Source: Candidatus Rariloculaceae bacterium (lineage in GTDB: Bacteria > Pseudomonadota > Gammaproteobacteria > Steroidobacterales > Rariloculaceae). Taken from it: a DNA stretch of 64,000 bases. Position numbers and translations under genes: made by a program. The notes under the pieces were generated by a model, which was not told the origin of the DNA, did not search any database, and saw only the letters and a program-made list of their open reading frames with translations. Shown here in pieces: positions 35,556 to 46,724 of this stretch. The stretch lies in contig OZ245000.1 in assembly GCA_965223375.1 (NCBI GenBank), positions 2,267,092-2,331,091 on the forward strand, in the 5' to 3' direction. Position 1 is the stretch's first letter. Each line of letters opens with the position of its first letter.

Positions 35556-37114
35556 TCGCGTCCACCCCGCTCGGCGTCGAGTCGCTCCAGCAATGCGATC
35601 GTCGCGGGCTTCTGCTCCGCGCCGACCGATGCCAGAAAGACGCCCTCGGCCCAGCGCAGCGCGTCGCGGCCCTCGGCATCGACGACGTCGAGGTCGGCGC
35701 CGTTCGCCGCGAGAAACTCGACGAGGTGGTTGGCCCCGCGATTGACGGCGCCGAGCAAGGCCGACAGCCCCATCGAGTTGGTGGCGTTGATGTCGTTACC
35801 GAGCTCGAGGCACAGACGAACGGCCTCGAGCTCCGCGTCCGGCGAGACCGTGTAGGTCTGCGCGACGACCCAGTTGACGCCGGCGGCCGCCATCAGCGGC
35901 GTGGTTCCCGCCAACGTCGGCAGCAGCGGATCGGCGCCGTGCTCGAGCAGCAGGCGCATTACCGTCACATCCGCCGACAGCGCCGCCCGCAGAAACGCCG
36001 TCTGGCCCGTGAAGTCGACCCAGGACACATCGTTCAGCGAATAAAGCCAGCGCCGCGACGGCGGCATCTCCCGCGTCCGGGCATTGACCTCCGCGCCCCG
36101 CGCGAGCAGCGCCTCGATCAGCCCGAGTAGCGGTTCGCGATCGACGCCATTGTCCGTCGGGCTGTCCTGCTCGCGGTTGTTCATGTCGAGATTGCGATAC
36201 TCGACCGCGGCGAACAGCGGCGACCGCCCCCAGAAATCGTCCGCGTTCGGATCGGCGCCGGCCTCGAGCAACAGCATTGCGACGTCGAGCTGATTGTTCA
36301 GCGCCGCCATCAGCAGCGGCCGTATGCCGTTGGCCTCTGCCAGCTCAATATCGGCGCCGGCTGCAATCAGCCGCCGGGCCGCTCCGAGCTGGCCGTCGCG
36401 AGCGGCATAGAGCAGCGGGCTCATGCCGCCCTTCGCAGCGGCCCGGCGGCCGCGATCCGGCACGCCCCCGCGATTGATGCCGACGCCTTCGGACCCGCAG
36501 CCGGTACCTTTGCAGGGCGGCACGAAATCAGGCGTCTCGCCGACCCGGGTGCGGGCATCGACGTCGGCGCCCCGGCCGATCAGCAGATCCACGAGGTCCG
36601 AATGGCCTTCGCGAACCGCCAGCATCAATGCAGTCTGCGCGTAGTTGCCATCGGTTGCGTCGACTGCTGCCCCGCGATCGAGCAGCAGCGTGACGGCATC
36701 GAGATTGCCGCTGCGGGTCGCGGCCATCAGCATCGTCTCGTCGGCCGGCGAACGCGTCCCGGCGTCGGCGCCGGCATCGAGCAATTGCACAATGATCGCT
36801 GCGTTGCCGTTTTCCGCCGCCAGAAACAGCGGCGTCGCCCCGTAGCGATCGGTCGCGCCGGCAACAGCGCCGTTCGCGAGCAGAGTCTCGACCACAGCCG
36901 GCGCCTCGACGAATGCCGCCCAGTGCAACGCCGTCGAACCATCGACGGTTCGCTCGTCGCGTCCGGCACCCTCGCGGACGAGGCTCGCAGCGACGCGCAA
37001 ATCGCCGGACCTGAGCGCGTCGATCACGGGGGTTTGCGCGCCGGCAATGCTCGGCAGTACTGCCAGTATCAGCGTCAGGTGGGCGCGGCGGCGCGATGGG
37101 GCTCGGACACACAT
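35552..37114 (-). CDS. Ankyrin-repeat protein with an N-terminal signal peptide (520 aa)
   Basis: Signal peptide HLTLILAVLPSIAGAQ. Repeated G.TALHWAA...LL..GA..N/D units run throughout. ATGA overlap with the DUF1592-family gene. Confidence 0.85.
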   Translation of the reverse strand: MCVRAPSRRRAHLTLILAVLPSIAGAQTPVIDALRSGDLRVAASLVREGAGRDERTVDGSTALHWAAFVEAPAVVETLLANGAVAGATDRYGATPLFLAAENGNAAIIVQLLDAGADAGTRSPADETMLMAATRSGNLDAVTLLLDRGAAVDATDGNYAQTALMLAVREGHSDLVDLLIGRGADVDARTRVGETPDFVPPCKGTGCGSEGVGINRGGVPDRGRRAAAKGGMSPLLYAARDGQLGAARRLIAAGADIELAEANGIRPLLMAALNNQLDVAMLLLEAGADPNADDFWGRSPLFAAVEYRNLDMNNREQDSPTDNGVDREPLLGLIEALLARGAEVNARTREMPPSRRWLYSLNDVSWVDFTGQTAFLRAALSADVTVMRLLLEHGADPLLPTLAGTTPLMAAAGVNWVVAQTYTVSPDAELEAVRLCLELGNDINATNSMGLSALLGAVNRGANHLVEFLAANGADLDVVDAEGRDALRWAEGVFLASVGAEQKPATIALLERLDAERGGRE

Positions 37115-37307
37115 ATTTCGAGTCTACACCGACAAACGGCCGTCGACTCGCGGACCTGCGGCGACCGAGACCGGGCACCCGACACCGGCGTTCCGCGGGC
37201 GGGCTCCAGTCGTGCTCAGGCGGAGTTCGCCCCGGAGCGTCGACTGTCGTCGTCCGGGCTGCGCCGGGCGGGGCGGCGCGTAGAATCCCACGCAAAGGGG
37301 AGACGCG

Positions 37308-37973
37308 ATGCAACAGACGACGATGCCGTTACGGGTCTTCGGCGCGGCCACGCTCGCCGCCGGACTCAGTTATCTGCCGCTCGTCCTGGCCGACGGCTGG
37401 CAGAGTGCCGCGAGCATAGGCACGCCACGCTGGTGGCTGGTTTACAGCCTCGCGACCGCGCACCACGTTTTCCTGCTCTTCGGCCTGATCGGCCTTTACG
37501 CCGGCAGGCTCGTGCGGCCCGGCCGTTCCGGCCTCGGCGCGTTTCTGGTCGCGAGCGTCGGCAACCTGCTGGTGGCGGGCACCGGCGCGATACAGCTGAC
37601 ACTGCTGCCAGCGCTCGCCGCTCACCCTGAAGCGGCCGCCGGACTCGACTGCACGCCGTTCTACCCGCCGGCAACTGCCGCCGCCGAGGCATTCATCGAG
37701 CAGGCGTGCGCGCCGTGGCAGTTCACCGCGCTCGAAATCTGGACCACGACGGCGTGGCTCGCGTTGCTCGCCGGTTCGGTATGGCTCGGCATCGAGGTCG
37801 TTCGCGGATCGGGCCGGGCCAGGTATGCCGGCGCGCTGCTCGCCGGCGGATGGCTGATCACGGCCGTCGGTCTCGCAGCGCCACTACCGGCCGTCGGCAT
37901 GACGCTCGCATATCTTGCGATCGCTGCCGCGTACATCCGGCTCGGCATCGAGCTGATGCGCACGACCGGCTAG
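37308..37973 (+). CDS. Integral membrane protein of unknown function
   Basis: The ATG has GGGGAG upstream. About 6 hydrophobic helices. I recognise no family. Confidence 0.6.
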   Translation: MQQTTMPLRVFGAATLAAGLSYLPLVLADGWQSAASIGTPRWWLVYSLATAHHVFLLFGLIGLYAGRLVRPGRSGLGAFLVASVGNLLVAGTGAIQLTLLPALAAHPEAAAGLDCTPFYPPATAAAEAFIEQACAPWQFTALEIWTTTAWLALLAGSVWLGIEVVRGSGRARYAGALLAGGWLITAVGLAAPLPAVGMTLAYLAIAAAYIRLGIELMRTTG

Positions 37974-37991
37974 GCAATCGCACCGGCCACC

Positions 37992-38690
37992 ATGCCGCCG
38001 CGCACTGAACACCCGCGCAGGATCCGCAGCTTCGTCCGCCGACCCGGCCGTCTGACGACCGGCCAGCGGCGCGCGCTCGACCAGCTGCTGCCGGTCTACG
38101 GTGTCGAGTTCGGCGATCGGCCACTCGACCTCGACGCGATCTTCGGTCGCGATGCGGCACGCGTCCTCGATATCGGCTTCGGCGACGGCGGCGCGCTCGT
38201 GACAACCGCCGCGCGATTTCCCGATGTCGACTACCTCGGCATCGAAGTGCATGAACCAGGTATCGGTCACTTGCTCGTGATGCTCGAACGGGCCGGCCTG
38301 ACGAACGTGCGAGTGATCGCCCGCGACGCCGTCGACGTCATCGCTGCAATGATCCCGCCGGCAGCGTTCGACGCGGTGAACCTGTTCTTTCCGGATCCGT
38401 GGCCGAAGAAGCGCCACCACAAACGCCGGCTCGTCAATCCTGCTTTCGTCGCCGCTGTCGCCGGAATACTGAAGCCGGGTGGGCTCTTGCATATGGCGAC
38501 CGACTGGGCCGACTACGCGCAGCAGGCTCGCGGGGTGCTGACGAGGAACACGAGTCTCCGTGAAATCCCGCCGGCCACGGTCGATCCGACGCTCGGCTTC
38601 CGGCCACCAACGAAGTTCGAGCAGCGCGGACTAAGGCTCGGGCACGAGATCGTCGACCTTTTCTACCTGCGCCGCGCTCAGGTTTCGTGA
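37992..38690 (+). CDS. trmB: tRNA (guanine46-N7)-methyltransferase
   Basis: Motifs RIRSFVRRPGRLT, LDIGFGDG and FFPDPWPKKRHHKRR. Confidence 0.93.
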   Translation: MPPRTEHPRRIRSFVRRPGRLTTGQRRALDQLLPVYGVEFGDRPLDLDAIFGRDAARVLDIGFGDGGALVTTAARFPDVDYLGIEVHEPGIGHLLVMLERAGLTNVRVIARDAVDVIAAMIPPAAFDAVNLFFPDPWPKKRHHKRRLVNPAFVAAVAGILKPGGLLHMATDWADYAQQARGVLTRNTSLREIPPATVDPTLGFRPPTKFEQRGLRLGHEIVDLFYLRRAQVS

Positions 38691-40072
38691 ACGCTCGTTT
38701 CCGTTGCTGCGGAACCGGTCGATGCGTCGATCAGACCGTTGCGCAGCATTAGCCAGAACAGAATGATTCCCGGCAGCGCGGCGACGGTCGTCAGCAGATA
38801 GAACTGCACGTAGCCGAGCGCCTCGATCAGCGCGCCGGCCGTCGTGCCGGTCAGGACGCGACCGACGATGCTGGCGGCCGCCGAGATCAGTGCGTATTGA
38901 GCGGCCGTGTAACGCAGATCGCAAAGGGCGGAGAAATAGGCAACGACGACGACACCGCCGATGCCGCTCGCGAAGTTCTCGAAGCCGATCGCGCCGGCCA
39001 TTCCCCAGTTCGAATGGCCGAGAGCGGCAAGGCCTGCGAAGCTCAGATTGGAAACCGCCATCAGCCACAGGCTCAGCAGAACCGAGTGCTTCATGCCGAG
39101 GCGGGTGTACAGCATGCCGCCGACGAAAATCCCGGCGAGGAAGGCCCAGAACCCGAAGCCGACGTCGTATAGCGCAATCTCGTCATTCGTGTAGCCGAGC
39201 TCGTCGAACAGCAGCCGCAACGTCAGATTCGCGAGCGTATCGCCGATCTTGTGCAACAGCACGAACAGGATCACGAGCATGGCGCCGCGTCGCCGGAAGA
39301 ATTCCAGTATCGGACCTGCGACGAGCTGCACGGCGGCCGCAATGCCGCGACGCGCGGCCGGCGCCTGTCGCCGCGCGGGCTCGCCGAGCACGAGCCCGAC
39401 GAGCATCGCGGGCAACGCGAACAGCGCACAAGCCATGTACGCGCTGTCCCACCCGGCGCGCTGGGCGATGACCAGCGCGACCGCACCGGCCGTCGATGCA
39501 CCGATCCGCCAGCCGTACTGGTTCATGCCGGAACCGACGCCGAGCTGGCGCGGTTCGAGAATCTCGATGCGGTAGGCGTCGATCACGATGTCGAAGGTCG
39601 CGCCGGCCACTGCGACCAGCACGGCAGCCGTTGCCGTTGCAACGATGTTCGCGGCCGGATCGACAAGCGCGAGATTGACGATTGCGGCCATGACCAGGAA
39701 CCCGGCCAGTATCAGCCAGGAAACCCGCTGACCGAGACGGCCGAGCAGCGGCAGCCGGACGCCGTCGACGACCCATGCCCACAGCCATTTCAGGTTGTAC
39801 ATCAGGAAAGCGAGCGAGAAGGCCGTGATCGATGCCTTCGCAATGCCGTCCTGCGCGAGGCGCGTCGTCAGTGTCGCAGCGATCATTGCATACGGCGCCC
39901 CCGACGAGACGCCGAGGAAGAGCGCAGCGACCGGCGCGGGCTCGAGGTACGGCCGGACCGATGCCGGCAGCCAACGAAGCCATGCGGCACCGGCGGCGCT
40001 CAAGTGACAGGCTCCGTCGCAGCCGTGCTCGCGCCGGCGGAGACCCTGGCCGTATCGACCGTCACGGCGCAC
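38678..40072 (-). CDS. ampG: AmpG-family muropeptide MFS permease
   Basis: The segment LFLGVSSGAPYAMIAATLTTRL...FLMYNLKWLWAWVVD is typical of AmpG. The start is uncertain (GTG at 40072 or TTG at 40003). Confidence 0.85.
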   Translation of the reverse strand: MRRDGRYGQGLRRREHGCDGACHLSAAGAAWLRWLPASVRPYLEPAPVAALFLGVSSGAPYAMIAATLTTRLAQDGIAKASITAFSLAFLMYNLKWLWAWVVDGVRLPLLGRLGQRVSWLILAGFLVMAAIVNLALVDPAANIVATATAAVLVAVAGATFDIVIDAYRIEILEPRQLGVGSGMNQYGWRIGASTAGAVALVIAQRAGWDSAYMACALFALPAMLVGLVLGEPARRQAPAARRGIAAAVQLVAGPILEFFRRRGAMLVILFVLLHKIGDTLANLTLRLLFDELGYTNDEIALYDVGFGFWAFLAGIFVGGMLYTRLGMKHSVLLSLWLMAVSNLSFAGLAALGHSNWGMAGAIGFENFASGIGGVVVVAYFSALCDLRYTAAQYALISAAASIVGRVLTGTTAGALIEALGYVQFYLLTTVAALPGIILFWLMLRNGLIDASTGSAATETSVHET

Positions 40073-40087
40073 ACCGCGACCGTATGC

Positions 40088-40855
40088 TCAGAGCGCATAG
40101 TCGATCGTCAACGGCGCATGATCGGAGTAGCGCTTGCGTTTGTAGATCGATGCCGCACTGACGCTGTCACGCAACTCCGGCGTCACGAGCTGGTAATCGA
40201 TTCGCCAGCCGACGTTCCTGTCCCAGGCCTGTCCGCGATTCGACCACCACGTGTATTGATCGGGCTCCTGATTCACGACCCGGAACGCATCGACGAAGCC
40301 GACGTCGTCGAGCAGATGATCCATCCAGGCGCGCTCCTCCGGCGTGAAGCCCGAATTCTTCTGATTGGATCGCCAGTTTCTGAGATCGATCTTCCTGTGG
40401 GCGATGTTGATGTCGCCACAGACGACATAGGGCTTGGGCCCGGCGAGCCGCTCGCGCATGTACGCCTCGAACGTCGGCAGAAAGCGAAACTTCGCCGCCT
40501 GCCGTGCCTCGCTCGAAGAACCGGATGGAAAGTACGCGCTCGCGACGATCACGTCATCGAGCTCGACCTCGACGTAGCGCCCCTCGGGGTCGAATTCCTC
40601 GTTACCGTAGCCGTATCTGACAGCGATCGGCTCGCCGCGAACATACAACGCGACGCCGCTGTAGCCGGGCTTCTCGGCGCAATGCAGGAAGCGCTGAAAA
40701 CCACGGGCGTGGTAGTGTCTGGCGTCTATCTGGTGCGGCTGCGCCTTCAGCTCCTGTACGCACAGGACATCCGCCTTCTGGCGGCAAAACCAGGAGAAGA
40801 ATCCCTTGCGTTCGGCGGCGCGCAAACCGTTGGCGTTGAACGTGATGACTCGCAA
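40088..40855 (-). CDS. xthA: Exodeoxyribonuclease III
   Basis: Begins (M)RVITFNANGLRAA...VLCVQELK and ends SDHAPLTIDY. TTG start. Confidence 0.92.
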   Translation of the reverse strand: MRVITFNANGLRAAERKGFFSWFCRQKADVLCVQELKAQPHQIDARHYHARGFQRFLHCAEKPGYSGVALYVRGEPIAVRYGYGNEEFDPEGRYVEVELDDVIVASAYFPSGSSSEARQAAKFRFLPTFEAYMRERLAGPKPYVVCGDINIAHRKIDLRNWRSNQKNSGFTPEERAWMDHLLDDVGFVDAFRVVNQEPDQYTWWSNRGQAWDRNVGWRIDYQLVTPELRDSVSAASIYKRKRYSDHAPLTIDYAL

Positions 40856-40920
40856 GGCGGCACATTAAACAGGACGAGTGACCGGGCGTATCATACTGGA
40901 GGGCAAAGGAGCACAGGGCA

Positions 40921-41571
40921 ATGAACGCATACAAGTCCGAGTTTCTCGATCTGGCGCTCGAGCTCGAGGTACTGCGCTTCGGCGAGTTCACACTGAAGTC
41001 CGGCCGCGTCAGCCCGTATTTCTTCAACGCGGGACTCTTCTCGACCGGTTACGCTGCGGCGAAGCTGGCCCGCTGCTATGCCTCGGCCGTGCGTAACATC
41101 GACGTCGAGTTCGACATGCTGTTCGGGCCTGCTTACAAGGGGATTCCGCTCGTCGTGCTGGCGTCCGCGGCGCTCGCAGAGCATCACGACCTCGACTATG
41201 GTTTCGCGTTCAATCGCAAGGAAGCGAAGGATCACGGCGAGGGCGGCAGCACGATCGGCGCGCCGCTCGAGGGCCGCGTGCTGATTCTCGACGACGTGAT
41301 CACGGCCGGCACTGCGATTCGTGAAGTCATCACGATCATTCAACAGGCCGGCGCAACACCGGCCGGCGTTCTGGTCGCTCTCGATCGCGAAGAGATCGGT
41401 ACGCGCGCACGGATACCGGCGCGCGCACAGATGGAAGAGGAGATCGGCATACCGATCCGAAGCATCGTCACGCTGACCGACCTGGTCGATCATCTCGAGG
41501 AAAGCGGCGACTATGCGGCTGAGCTGCCGCGCGTGAAGGCCTATCGCAACCGCTACGGCATCGCGATCTAA
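40921..41571 (+). CDS. pyrE: Orotate phosphoribosyltransferase
   Basis: Contains [19 protein letters not shown] and the PRPP-binding motif [13 protein letters not shown]. Confidence 0.95.
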   Translation: MNAYKSEFLDLALELEVLRFGEFTLKSGRVSPYFFNAGLFSTGYAAAKLARCYASAVRNIDVEFDMLFGPAYKGIPLVVLASAALAEHHDLDYGFAFNRKEAKDHGEGGSTIGAPLEGRVLILDDVITAGTAIREVITIIQQAGATPAGVLVALDREEIGTRARIPARAQMEEEIGIPIRSIVTLTDLVDHLEESGDYAAELPRVKAYRNRYGIAI

Positions 41572-41706
41572 GAAAACCGCTGTCGGCGCGACGCAGCATT
41601 GCCGCCGCCCCGGCGGCGCTCGCCCCGAACCTTGACGAACGGCGCATTTACCGCAGCCGAATTTTGGTATATCTAGGCCTACGTTCGCTCGCTGCCTTTA
41701 CATAAC

Positions 41707-42342
41707 GTGAGATTTCGCCTCTCAGCCCGTTGCCTGTTCCTCTGTCTGCTCGCCGGAGCGTATCTCCCGGCTGTCGGGCAGACGCTCTACCGTTGGGTCG
41801 ACAAGGACGGTGTCGTGCACTACGGCGACAGTATCCCGCCCGAATACGCCACTCAGGACCGGGACCTGCTGAACAGTCAGGGCATCACGGTCGGCAGCGA
41901 GCAGGGCGAGATCACGCCCGAGGAACGGGCGGAGATGGACCGGATCGCCGCAGCCGAGGCCGCCGAGCGCGACGCCCTGATGCGGCAGGCGCAGCGCGAC
42001 CGGATGCTGCTCAACACCTACCTGTCGGTGGCCGACATCGAGGACCTCCGCGACCGGCGGCTCGAGCTGATCGATTCCCGGATTCGCGTCACCGAAGTCT
42101 ATCTGAGCAACCTGCGCAACCGGCTTGCGTCGCTGGAGCGCGATCGGGGCCGCTACTCGCCGCTGAGCGAACGCAAGGATGCGCCCCCGGTGCCGGAGGA
42201 TCTGGTCCTCGACATCTCGCGCATCGAGGCATCGATCCGGCTCTACGAGCAGACTCTGAATACGACGCGCGACGACAGGAACCAGCTCTACGACGCGTTC
42301 GCGCTCGACATAGAGCGTTTCCGGGAGCTGAAAGGCGGCTGA
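41707..42342 (+). CDS. DUF4124-domain protein
   Basis: Signal peptide followed by LYRWVDKDGVVHYGDSIP, the DUF4124 hallmark, then a coiled-coil-like C-terminus. GTG start. Confidence 0.75.
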   Translation: MRFRLSARCLFLCLLAGAYLPAVGQTLYRWVDKDGVVHYGDSIPPEYATQDRDLLNSQGITVGSEQGEITPEERAEMDRIAAAEAAERDALMRQAQRDRMLLNTYLSVADIEDLRDRRLELIDSRIRVTEVYLSNLRNRLASLERDRGRYSPLSERKDAPPVPEDLVLDISRIEASIRLYEQTLNTTRDDRNQLYDAFALDIERFRELKGG

Positions 42343-42819
42343 TCAGCGCTTGCCGGTGTGGCCGAAACCGCCGGCGCCCCGCGCCGAGTCCCCGAAAGAC
42401 TCGACGACCTCGAACTCGGCGGCGACAACCGGAACGACGACGAGCTGCGCGATCCTGTCGCCCGGCTCGACGACGAACGCGTCGCTGCCGCGGTTCCAGC
42501 ACGACACCATCAACTCGCCCTGGTAATCCGAATCGATCAGCCCGACGAGGTTGCCGAGCACGATCCCGTGTTTGTGGCCGAGCCCCGACCGCGGCAGGAT
42601 GACCGCGGCGAGACCGGTGTCCTCGAGGTGGATCGCGAGCCCCGTGCCGATCAGTTTCGTCTCTCCGGGGGCGAGCCGCAGCGGCTCGTCGAGGCAGGCA
42701 CGCAGATCAACGCCGGCCGACCCGCCGGTGGCCCTGACCGGCAACGGGATTTCCCGGCCCACCCGCGCGTCCAGTATCCGCAGCGGCACCCGCCGCGTGC
42801 CGGCCGCCTCGTCGGTCAT
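42343..42819 (-). CDS. dut: dUTP diphosphatase
   Basis: Motifs [23 protein letters not shown] and [10 protein letters not shown]. Confidence 0.95.
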   Translation of the reverse strand: MTDEAAGTRRVPLRILDARVGREIPLPVRATGGSAGVDLRACLDEPLRLAPGETKLIGTGLAIHLEDTGLAAVILPRSGLGHKHGIVLGNLVGLIDSDYQGELMVSCWNRGSDAFVVEPGDRIAQLVVVPVVAAEFEVVESFGDSARGAGGFGHTGKR

Positions 42820-44084
42820 CGGCCGACGGCGGACCGGCCGTCGCCGGCGGCCGATCGGGCCCGGTAACGTTCGGCAATCAGCGCGACCAGGCGCCGCGCG
42901 ACGTTGATCTTCGTGTCCTCTCCTATGCGGGCTTCGCCATCGGGCCAGAAGACGTCGAGCGCGTTGGTTTCCTTGTCGAAGCCGCGAGATGGGCCGACCT
43001 CGTTGGCTGCGATCATGTCCACGCGCTTGCGGGCGAGCTTCTCGAGAGCGTGCTTCGCAACGTCGTTGGTCTCGGCCGCAAAACCGACCGTGAACGGCGG
43101 CTCGGTCAGCGCCGCGACGCTCGCGAGCGTGTCGCGGGAAGCCACCATATCGAGACGCCAGGCATCGCTCGAGCGCTTGATCTTGCGGTCGGTCACCGCC
43201 TCTGGCCGATAGTCGGAGACAGCTGCACAGCCGATGTAGATATCGGCGGCACCGACGTGCGAATGGACCGCCGCGTGCATCTCCTCCGCAGTCTCGACGT
43301 CCACGCGGCTAACACCGCTCGGCGTCGGCAGACTGACAGGCCCCGCCACCAGCGTCACACGCGCGCCGGCTGCGGCCGCAGCGGCCGCGGTTGCAAATCC
43401 CATCTTGCCGGAGCTGCGATTGGAGATGTAACGCACGGGATCGATCGGCTCACGGGTGGGCCCGGCGGAGACGAGCACGCTGAGACCGGCCAGCAGTTGC
43501 GGCTGCAGACGCGCGGGTTCCGCAAGGACCGCCGCCGCGATATCGGCGGGTTCCGACATGCGGCCGGGCCCGTGCTCGCCGCAGGCCTGCGGCCCGCTCG
43601 CGGGTCCCAGCAGCCGGACACCACGCTCGGCGAGCAGCGTGCAATTGGCCCGCACGGCCGGATGCTCCCACATGGCATTGTTCATCGCCGGCGCGAGCAT
43701 CAGCGGCGCCCGGCTCGCGAGGCACAGCGTCGTCAGCAGATCGTCGGCAAGCCCGTGCGCAAGGCGGCCGATCAGATGTGCGGTAGCGGGCGCGACGACG
43801 ACGACATCGGCCCAGCGCGCGAGCTCGATGTGGCCCATCGCCGCCTCGGCATCGGCATCCCAGAGGCTGTCGCGCACCGGCTGACCCGAAACCGCCTGAA
43901 ACGTGACGGGCCGGACGAACTCGGCCGCCCCGCGGGTCAGGACGACCCGGACCGTTGCACCGGCCTCGCTCAGCCGGCGTACCAGCTCGGGGCTCTTGTA
44001 AGCGGCAATGCCGCCGCTGACGCCCAAGAGGACATTCAACCCGCGCCCGTCGGCCGGCCCGCTATTCGGTGCATCGCTCGCCAT
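42816..44084 (-). CDS. coaBC: Bifunctional phosphopantothenoylcysteine decarboxylase / phosphopantothenate-cysteine ligase
   Basis: Motifs [18 protein letters not shown] and [14 protein letters not shown] overlap with dut. Confidence 0.95.
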   Translation of the reverse strand: MASDAPNSGPADGRGLNVLLGVSGGIAAYKSPELVRRLSEAGATVRVVLTRGAAEFVRPVTFQAVSGQPVRDSLWDADAEAAMGHIELARWADVVVVAPATAHLIGRLAHGLADDLLTTLCLASRAPLMLAPAMNNAMWEHPAVRANCTLLAERGVRLLGPASGPQACGEHGPGRMSEPADIAAAVLAEPARLQPQLLAGLSVLVSAGPTREPIDPVRYISNRSSGKMGFATAAAAAAAGARVTLVAGPVSLPTPSGVSRVDVETAEEMHAAVHSHVGAADIYIGCAAVSDYRPEAVTDRKIKRSSDAWRLDMVASRDTLASVAALTEPPFTVGFAAETNDVAKHALEKLARKRVDMIAANEVGPSRGFDKETNALDVFWPDGEARIGEDTKINVARRLVALIAERYRARSAAGDGRSAVGR

Positions 44085-44275
44085 CGTGGATCGAGCTTAC
44101 TCCCGTTCGCGCGGCGAGCGCCACCGACGGAGGGGTCTTTTCTGGACGAGCCAGCCCGAATCGCCGCTCGTCCAGGCGACGGTCGCAGCCGACAATCGCC
44201 GAGTGATCCCGCGCGCCCGAAAGGTCTCCTTTGCCCGTCCGCTGCCGCGGCGATCGGGCTGACCCGCGCGCCTCG

Positions 44276-44938
44276 ATGACTCGCCTGCGCTGCTCACGTT
44301 GTGAGCCCGACCTGATGCCCGGCATCGGCGCGCTGTCCGACGCCGAGCTGCTCGCTCGCGTGCTGAGCGGCGCCGTCCGCGGCAGGCGCACGCTGGCCGT
44401 TGCCCGGGAGATGCTGGACCGGGCCGGTGGCCTCAGGCCGCTGCTCGGCGGGGCCGGCGATGTCGTGGCAACGACGCGCGGCCTCGGGCCGGCCGCTCGC
44501 GTCCGCATGGCCGCCGCGACCGAGCTCGGCCGTCGCTACCTGGACGGCAGCGTCCGTCGTCGGCGTCAGCTCGCATCCCCGCAGGACGCCGCCGGCTTTC
44601 TCAGAGCACGACTGGGCGACCTCGGCCACGAGGTGTTTGCGTGCCTCTATCTCGACACCCGGCACCGGATCATCTGCTTCGAGCCGCTGTTTCGCGGCAC
44701 GCTCGACGGCGCGGCCGTCTATCCCCGGGAAGTCCTTAAACGGGCACTGCATCACAACGCCGGCGCGGTCATCCTGGCGCACAACCATCCATCCGGTGAC
44801 AGCGAACCGAGCGAGGCCGACCGGCATATCACGAAGCGGCTGAGCCGGGCGCTGGCACTGGTCGATATCCGCCTCCTCGATCATCTGGTCGTCTCGCTGT
44901 CGGACCACGTCTCACTGGCCGAGAGAGGCTGGATCTGA
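44276..44938 (+). CDS. radC: RadC-family JAB-domain protein
   Basis: Contains [11 protein letters not shown] and the JAMM-like motif [17 protein letters not shown]. The start is taken at the ATG at 44276. The ORF-track start at 44231 is TTG. Confidence 0.88.
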   Translation: MTRLRCSRCEPDLMPGIGALSDAELLARVLSGAVRGRRTLAVAREMLDRAGGLRPLLGGAGDVVATTRGLGPAARVRMAAATELGRRYLDGSVRRRRQLASPQDAAGFLRARLGDLGHEVFACLYLDTRHRIICFEPLFRGTLDGAAVYPREVLKRALHHNAGAVILAHNHPSGDSEPSEADRHITKRLSRALALVDIRLLDHLVVSLSDHVSLAERGWI

Positions 44939-44947
44939 CCCGCGCGG

Positions 44948-44976
44948 TTGCCCGGCGCCCGGACGCCCTGTATATT
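44948..44976 (+). promoter_or_regulatory. Putative sigma70 promoter of rpmB-rpmG (TTGCCC-N17-TATATT)
   Basis: The hexamers and the 17-nt spacer were read directly from the sequence, about 36 nt upstream of the rpmB ATG. Confidence 0.45.
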
Positions 44977-45011
44977 TTCGGCCCCTTCGCCCAGAGCAAG
45001 AGCGCCAGGCC

Positions 45012-45248
45012 ATGTCCAGAGTCTGCCAGGTCACGGGGAAAGGCCCGATGTCGGGAAACAACGTTTCCCACGCCAACAACAAGACGCGCCGGCGGTTCCT
45101 GCCGAACCTGCATACGCAGCGGTTCTGGCTCGAGAGCGAAAAGCGCTACATCAAGCTGCGCGTCTCGAAGAAGGGACTTCGGATGATCGACAAGCTCGGT
45201 ATCGAGGCAGTCCTCGAGAAAATCCGCGCACGCGGCGAGCGCGTCTAG
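45012..45248 (+). CDS. rpmB: 50S ribosomal protein L28
   Basis: [33 protein letters not shown] is a near-canonical L28 sequence. Confidence 0.97.
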   Translation: MSRVCQVTGKGPMSGNNVSHANNKTRRRFLPNLHTQRFWLESEKRYIKLRVSKKGLRMIDKLGIEAVLEKIRARGERV

Positions 45249-45288
45249 GAGACCGGACGGTTCCCGGCCGGCCTAAAGGAGAATAGCG

Positions 45289-45444
45289 ATGCGTGAGAAG
45301 ATCCGACTGATGTCGTCTGCCGGCACCGGACACTACTACACGACAACGAAGAACCGTCGCCTGCATCCGGAGAAGATGGAAGTGCGGAAGTTCGATCCGA
45401 AAATCCGCCAGCACGTGATCTACAAGGAAACGAAGATCAAGTAG
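45289..45444 (+). CDS. rpmG: 50S ribosomal protein L33 (51 aa; below the ORF-track length cut-off)
   Basis: My own translation gives [57 protein letters not shown] lies 7 nt upstream. Confidence 0.95.
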   Translation: MREKIRLMSSAGTGHYYTTTKNRRLHPEKMEVRKFDPKIRQHVIYKETKIK

Positions 45445-46630
45445 CGGCCGGTCGCGGTCGAAACGACCGCAGATACGCTGCGAACTCCTGCAGATACTCG
45501 TTGCCGCTCGCCTCGGCGCGGGCGCACCAGGCATGAAATTCCTCGAGCAACCGCTCGTTGCTCGTATGCGCACCTTCCCACAGCTGTTTCAGCTCGTTCC
45601 TGAATTCGATCGCAGTTCTGAAAGCGGGCGACTTCTCGGTCAGCTCGCGTAACCGCTCTCGGGCCGCATCATCGAGCAGATGCGGCTGCCAGGTAAGCCA
45701 GCGCCGCACGGCCTTGACCGAACCGCTCCCGGTTTCCGCCACCTCGCGATCGAGCAGCGGCAGCGTCACGCTGTGCATGTAATGCCGCAGGACGTGCATG
45801 CGGTTGACGAGCACGTTTCTGAGCGTATCGAGATCGACCGGTCGCTGCTCCGCCGTGAGCTCGGGCTCGGCGGCGAGCCGCCTGATTCGCGCGAGCCCGA
45901 GCGCTGAGAGCACCTTAAGGTGCAGCCAGCCCATATCGAGCTCGCCCGGCCGCATCGAGAATCGCGCCGATGTCGGAAACGCATGATGATTGTTGTGCAG
46001 CTCCTCGCCACCGATCAGCAGACCCTTCGGCCACAGATTCGTCGACGCATCGTTGGTCTCGAAATTGCGGTAGCCCTTCGCATGCGCGACGCCATTGATG
46101 ATGCCGGCCGCCAGAAACGGCATCGCCCCGAGCTGCAGCCCGATCATGACGATTCCCGGCACGCCGAACAGGACCAGATCGAGCAGAATCAGGAGCACGA
46201 TGCCCGTGTTCGGGAACCGGGCATAGACGTTGCGCTCGAGCCAGTCGTCAATGACGCCCTTGCCGTACTTCTCCTGAGTGTCCTTGCGCCGCGCCTCTTC
46301 TATATAGAGTTCCGCGCCTTCGAGAACGACTTTCTTCAGCCCGAATATCACCGGGCTGTGCGGGTCGCCCTCGCGCTCGCAGAGCGCATGATGCTTCCGG
46401 TGCACCGCGACCCATTCCTTCGTCGGCGCGCCGGTGTTCAGCCACAGCCACAGACGAAAGAAGTGCCGCAGCGCCGGATGCAGGTCGACCGAACGGTGCG
46501 CCTGATCCCGATGGAAGTAGAGCGTGATCGCCATCAGCGTGACGTGAATCCAGAGAATCGTGACGACGATGTAGCCGACGAGACTCAGATCGGTCAGGCC
46601 ATAGAAGTTCTCTCTCAGAATATCGAGCAT
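45437..46630 (-). CDS. Membrane fatty-acid (acyl-lipid/acyl-CoA delta-9-type) desaturase
   Basis: Three His boxes: HRDQAH, HRKHH and HNNHH. N-terminal TM helices. Confidence 0.88.
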   Translation of the reverse strand: MLDILRENFYGLTDLSLVGYIVVTILWIHVTLMAITLYFHRDQAHRSVDLHPALRHFFRLWLWLNTGAPTKEWVAVHRKHHALCEREGDPHSPVIFGLKKVVLEGAELYIEEARRKDTQEKYGKGVIDDWLERNVYARFPNTGIVLLILLDLVLFGVPGIVMIGLQLGAMPFLAAGIINGVAHAKGYRNFETNDASTNLWPKGLLIGGEELHNNHHAFPTSARFSMRPGELDMGWLHLKVLSALGLARIRRLAAEPELTAEQRPVDLDTLRNVLVNRMHVLRHYMHSVTLPLLDREVAETGSGSVKAVRRWLTWQPHLLDDAARERLRELTEKSPAFRTAIEFRNELKQLWEGAHTSNERLLEEFHAWCARAEASGNEYLQEFAAYLRSFRPRPAAT

Positions 46631-46724
46631 CGAGGCGGATCCTCCGCTGTGCGCGTCCGCAATATAACGAATCGACCGAGTGCGCTCCAGGCATTGGCGC
46701 GCGTGCCTCGGGTAAGCTCACGGC

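Noticed and set aside
45437-45444. Convergent 3'-end overlaps: rpmG/desaturase 8 bp, trmB/ampG 13 bp at 38678-38690, and DUF4124/dut abutting stops at 42340-42345
   Set aside because: These are real in the sequence. They are common compaction features in GC-rich genomes, and nothing here points to antisense regulation.
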